From positions 321,935 to 385,934 of IMG/VR virus record IMGVR_UViG_3300028591_000070: a DNA stretch of 64,000 bases; one strand, written 5' to 3'. Position 1 is the stretch's first letter. Each line of letters opens with the position of its first letter. Positions 62,289-64,000 of the stretch are shown here, in pieces. The translations under genes and the position numbers were made by a program. Source of the DNA: a virus (lineage: Duplodnaviria > Caudoviricetes). Below the pieces are notes generated by a model. That model did no database searches, was not told the DNA's origin, and saw nothing but the letters and a program-made list of their open reading frames with translations.

Positions 62289-62669
62289 ATGTTTGATACA
62301 ATGCTAATGTGGAATAAAGCTTTGGAAGTTTCAAAAAATGCTTATTGTCCTTACTCAAAGTTTCCGGTTGGAGCTTGCGTTGAAGGTGATGATGGAAAGC
62401 TTTATGTTGGTTGTAACGTTGAAAATGCCTCATATGGATTAACCATTTGTGCAGAAAGAAATGCTATTTTCTGTGCAGTTGCTGCTGGTTGTAAAAAGAT
62501 CAAAAAGGTTGTTTTGGTTGCCACTGCTGGTCACAATATTGGACCTTGTGGTGCATGTCGTACCGTAATTGATGAGTTTGCCGATGGAGATATTCCAGTT
62601 ATTTTTGGAGAAGATCCAAATAATTTGATTGAAACAACATCAAAAACTCTTTACTCACCTGATTTTTAA
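62289..62669 (+). CDS. cdd: cytidine deaminase (homotetrameric type)
   Basis: AYCPYSKFPVGA, GCNVENASYGLTICAERNA, PCGACR. Confidence 0.92.
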   Translation: MFDTMLMWNKALEVSKNAYCPYSKFPVGACVEGDDGKLYVGCNVENASYGLTICAERNAIFCAVAAGCKKIKKVVLVATAGHNIGPCGACRTVIDEFADGDIPVIFGEDPNNLIETTSKTLYSPDF

Positions 62670-63250
62670 TGAAATTATCTGAATTAAAAAAGTTGACAAA
62701 TAATGAACTCGCTATTCGTTTCCCATTCATAATCGTACGTAATTGGAATGGAGAATTAGCCAAAGATGAAGATGGAAATTATTACCTTGAAATTGATGGC
62801 ATGAATGGATGGCGAGATCTTTTATTATGTTGGGCTGAAAAAGTAAAACCTATTTTTGATACTCTAGATAAAGAAGTTCAAAAAAACTTTTATATTATGG
62901 AATGTAAAGAAAAATGGGGTTGCCTTAGAATAGATACCACCTGTATTCCAACACCTAAAATTGATGAGTATACCTCAATGGCCGAGCATCTTTCTGAGTG
63001 GACTTGCTTAGAATGTGGTAAAATTACAAAAAGTTCAAATAATAAGCATATTATAATTTATCGTCATAAACAAAGAGTTGAAATTCCATTTTGTAAGAAT
63101 TGTGCTAAAAAAGATGAATGGCATTCAAAAATTCTTTATAAAAGAGAAGTAGGTGATTGGTATGCTTGTTTCAAAAGATGGAAGCCTGATGGAACCACAG
63201 AATATGTTAAATATGACTGTCGAGAATTATTAGAAGGTGTATATGATTAG
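62669..63250 (+). CDS. phage hypothetical protein (KEKxGxLR family, zinc-binding)
   Basis: GW..LL, KEKWGCLR, TCLECGK, CKNC. Confidence 0.6.
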   Translation: MKLSELKKLTNNELAIRFPFIIVRNWNGELAKDEDGNYYLEIDGMNGWRDLLLCWAEKVKPIFDTLDKEVQKNFYIMECKEKWGCLRIDTTCIPTPKIDEYTSMAEHLSEWTCLECGKITKSSNNKHIIIYRHKQRVEIPFCKNCAKKDEWHSKILYKREVGDWYACFKRWKPDGTTEYVKYDCRELLEGVYD

Positions 63251-63902
63251 TAGTATTGCTTTTGTATTATATCTTGGAAAACTTTCATCTTGGATTTATA
63301 ATCTGATAATGTCTAAATCTAAAGATAAACAAGTTGATAATTCTTATGAAAGAAGAAATGTTTGTCGAAAAACTGCAAATGCAAATTTTATTGAAATGAC
63401 AACTTATGGTTTAATTGCTATCATTGCATTCATTTTAGGAAAATAAAATATGGAAAAATTAGACTTCAAAAAATTAAATGTTCCTACTGATGGACAGTCT
63501 GTAACTGAAGTTGAAATAGCAAAATCAGGTGTTATTTCTGAAGATACAGCAGACCAACTTGCGATGGAAGAACCTAAGGAAGATGAAACTAGTTTAAGCT
63601 ATGTATTAAAACATGGCACTAAAATGGAATGGATGAATATAGATTGAAGGTGGTGAAAAATGGGTTATTTATTTTTATTTTTAATTTGTGTTGCATTTAT
63701 TGCATATTTTATTTATGATTATGACCAAAATATCAAGTATTTTGGCTTTCTATTAGAAAGAAATAAAATTGGTGATTTTCTTAAAAAGCATGATTTTATT
63801 TATTTTATGACTTGTTTTTTTGGTACTGCAATTCCTGTTGTCGGAGCTATTTATTTCTTTATAAAACTATTTATATTTTTAATAAATAAAATACCTGGAT
63901 AA
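63237..63902 (+). CDS. three small ORFs, two of them membrane proteins
   Basis: hydrophobic segments. Confidence 0.45.
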
Positions 63903-64000
63903 TAATTGAATTTTTTGAAAAAAATAAGTATAATCTTATTATGGTTTTTAGCAAATAACAAGCTATATGCTTGATTAAAAAATATTTATAGGAGATTCTT

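Overview
AT-rich, densely coding 64-kb segment of what is most likely a large lytic tailed phage (T4-like or jumbo gene content). The host is probably a spirochete (Treponema-like), judged from a FlaB flagellin, a FlaA sheath homologue and Treponema-style signal peptides. Positions 1-42.3 kb are mostly minus-strand and encode nucleotide/RNA-metabolism enzymes, flagellar genes, holin/spanin/SLT lysis functions, a sigma factor, a Rad50/gp46 ATPase, probable internal head proteins and three very large virion proteins. Positions 42.3-64 kb are a plus-strand run of small early-type ORFs behind repeated sigma70-like promoters, including HNH, ATP-grasp, ppGpp hydrolase-like HD and cytidine deaminase genes. 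Main points of interest: (1) FlaA and frameshifted FlaB periplasmic-flagellum genes in a phage; (2) the C-half of an atypically split intein fused to an AAA+ ATPase interrupted in its Walker A motif; (3) an inverted operon of 12 tandem paralogous microproteins; (4) a recurring F-x-x-[IV]-[LI]-x-E motif resembling capsid-targeting/prohead-protease sites; (5) an overlapping spanin-like pair whose outer partner is not a lipoprotein; (6) three promoter-like motif classes. No tRNA, rRNA or CRISPR array was seen. All protein family calls come from motifs recognised by eye; no database search was run.
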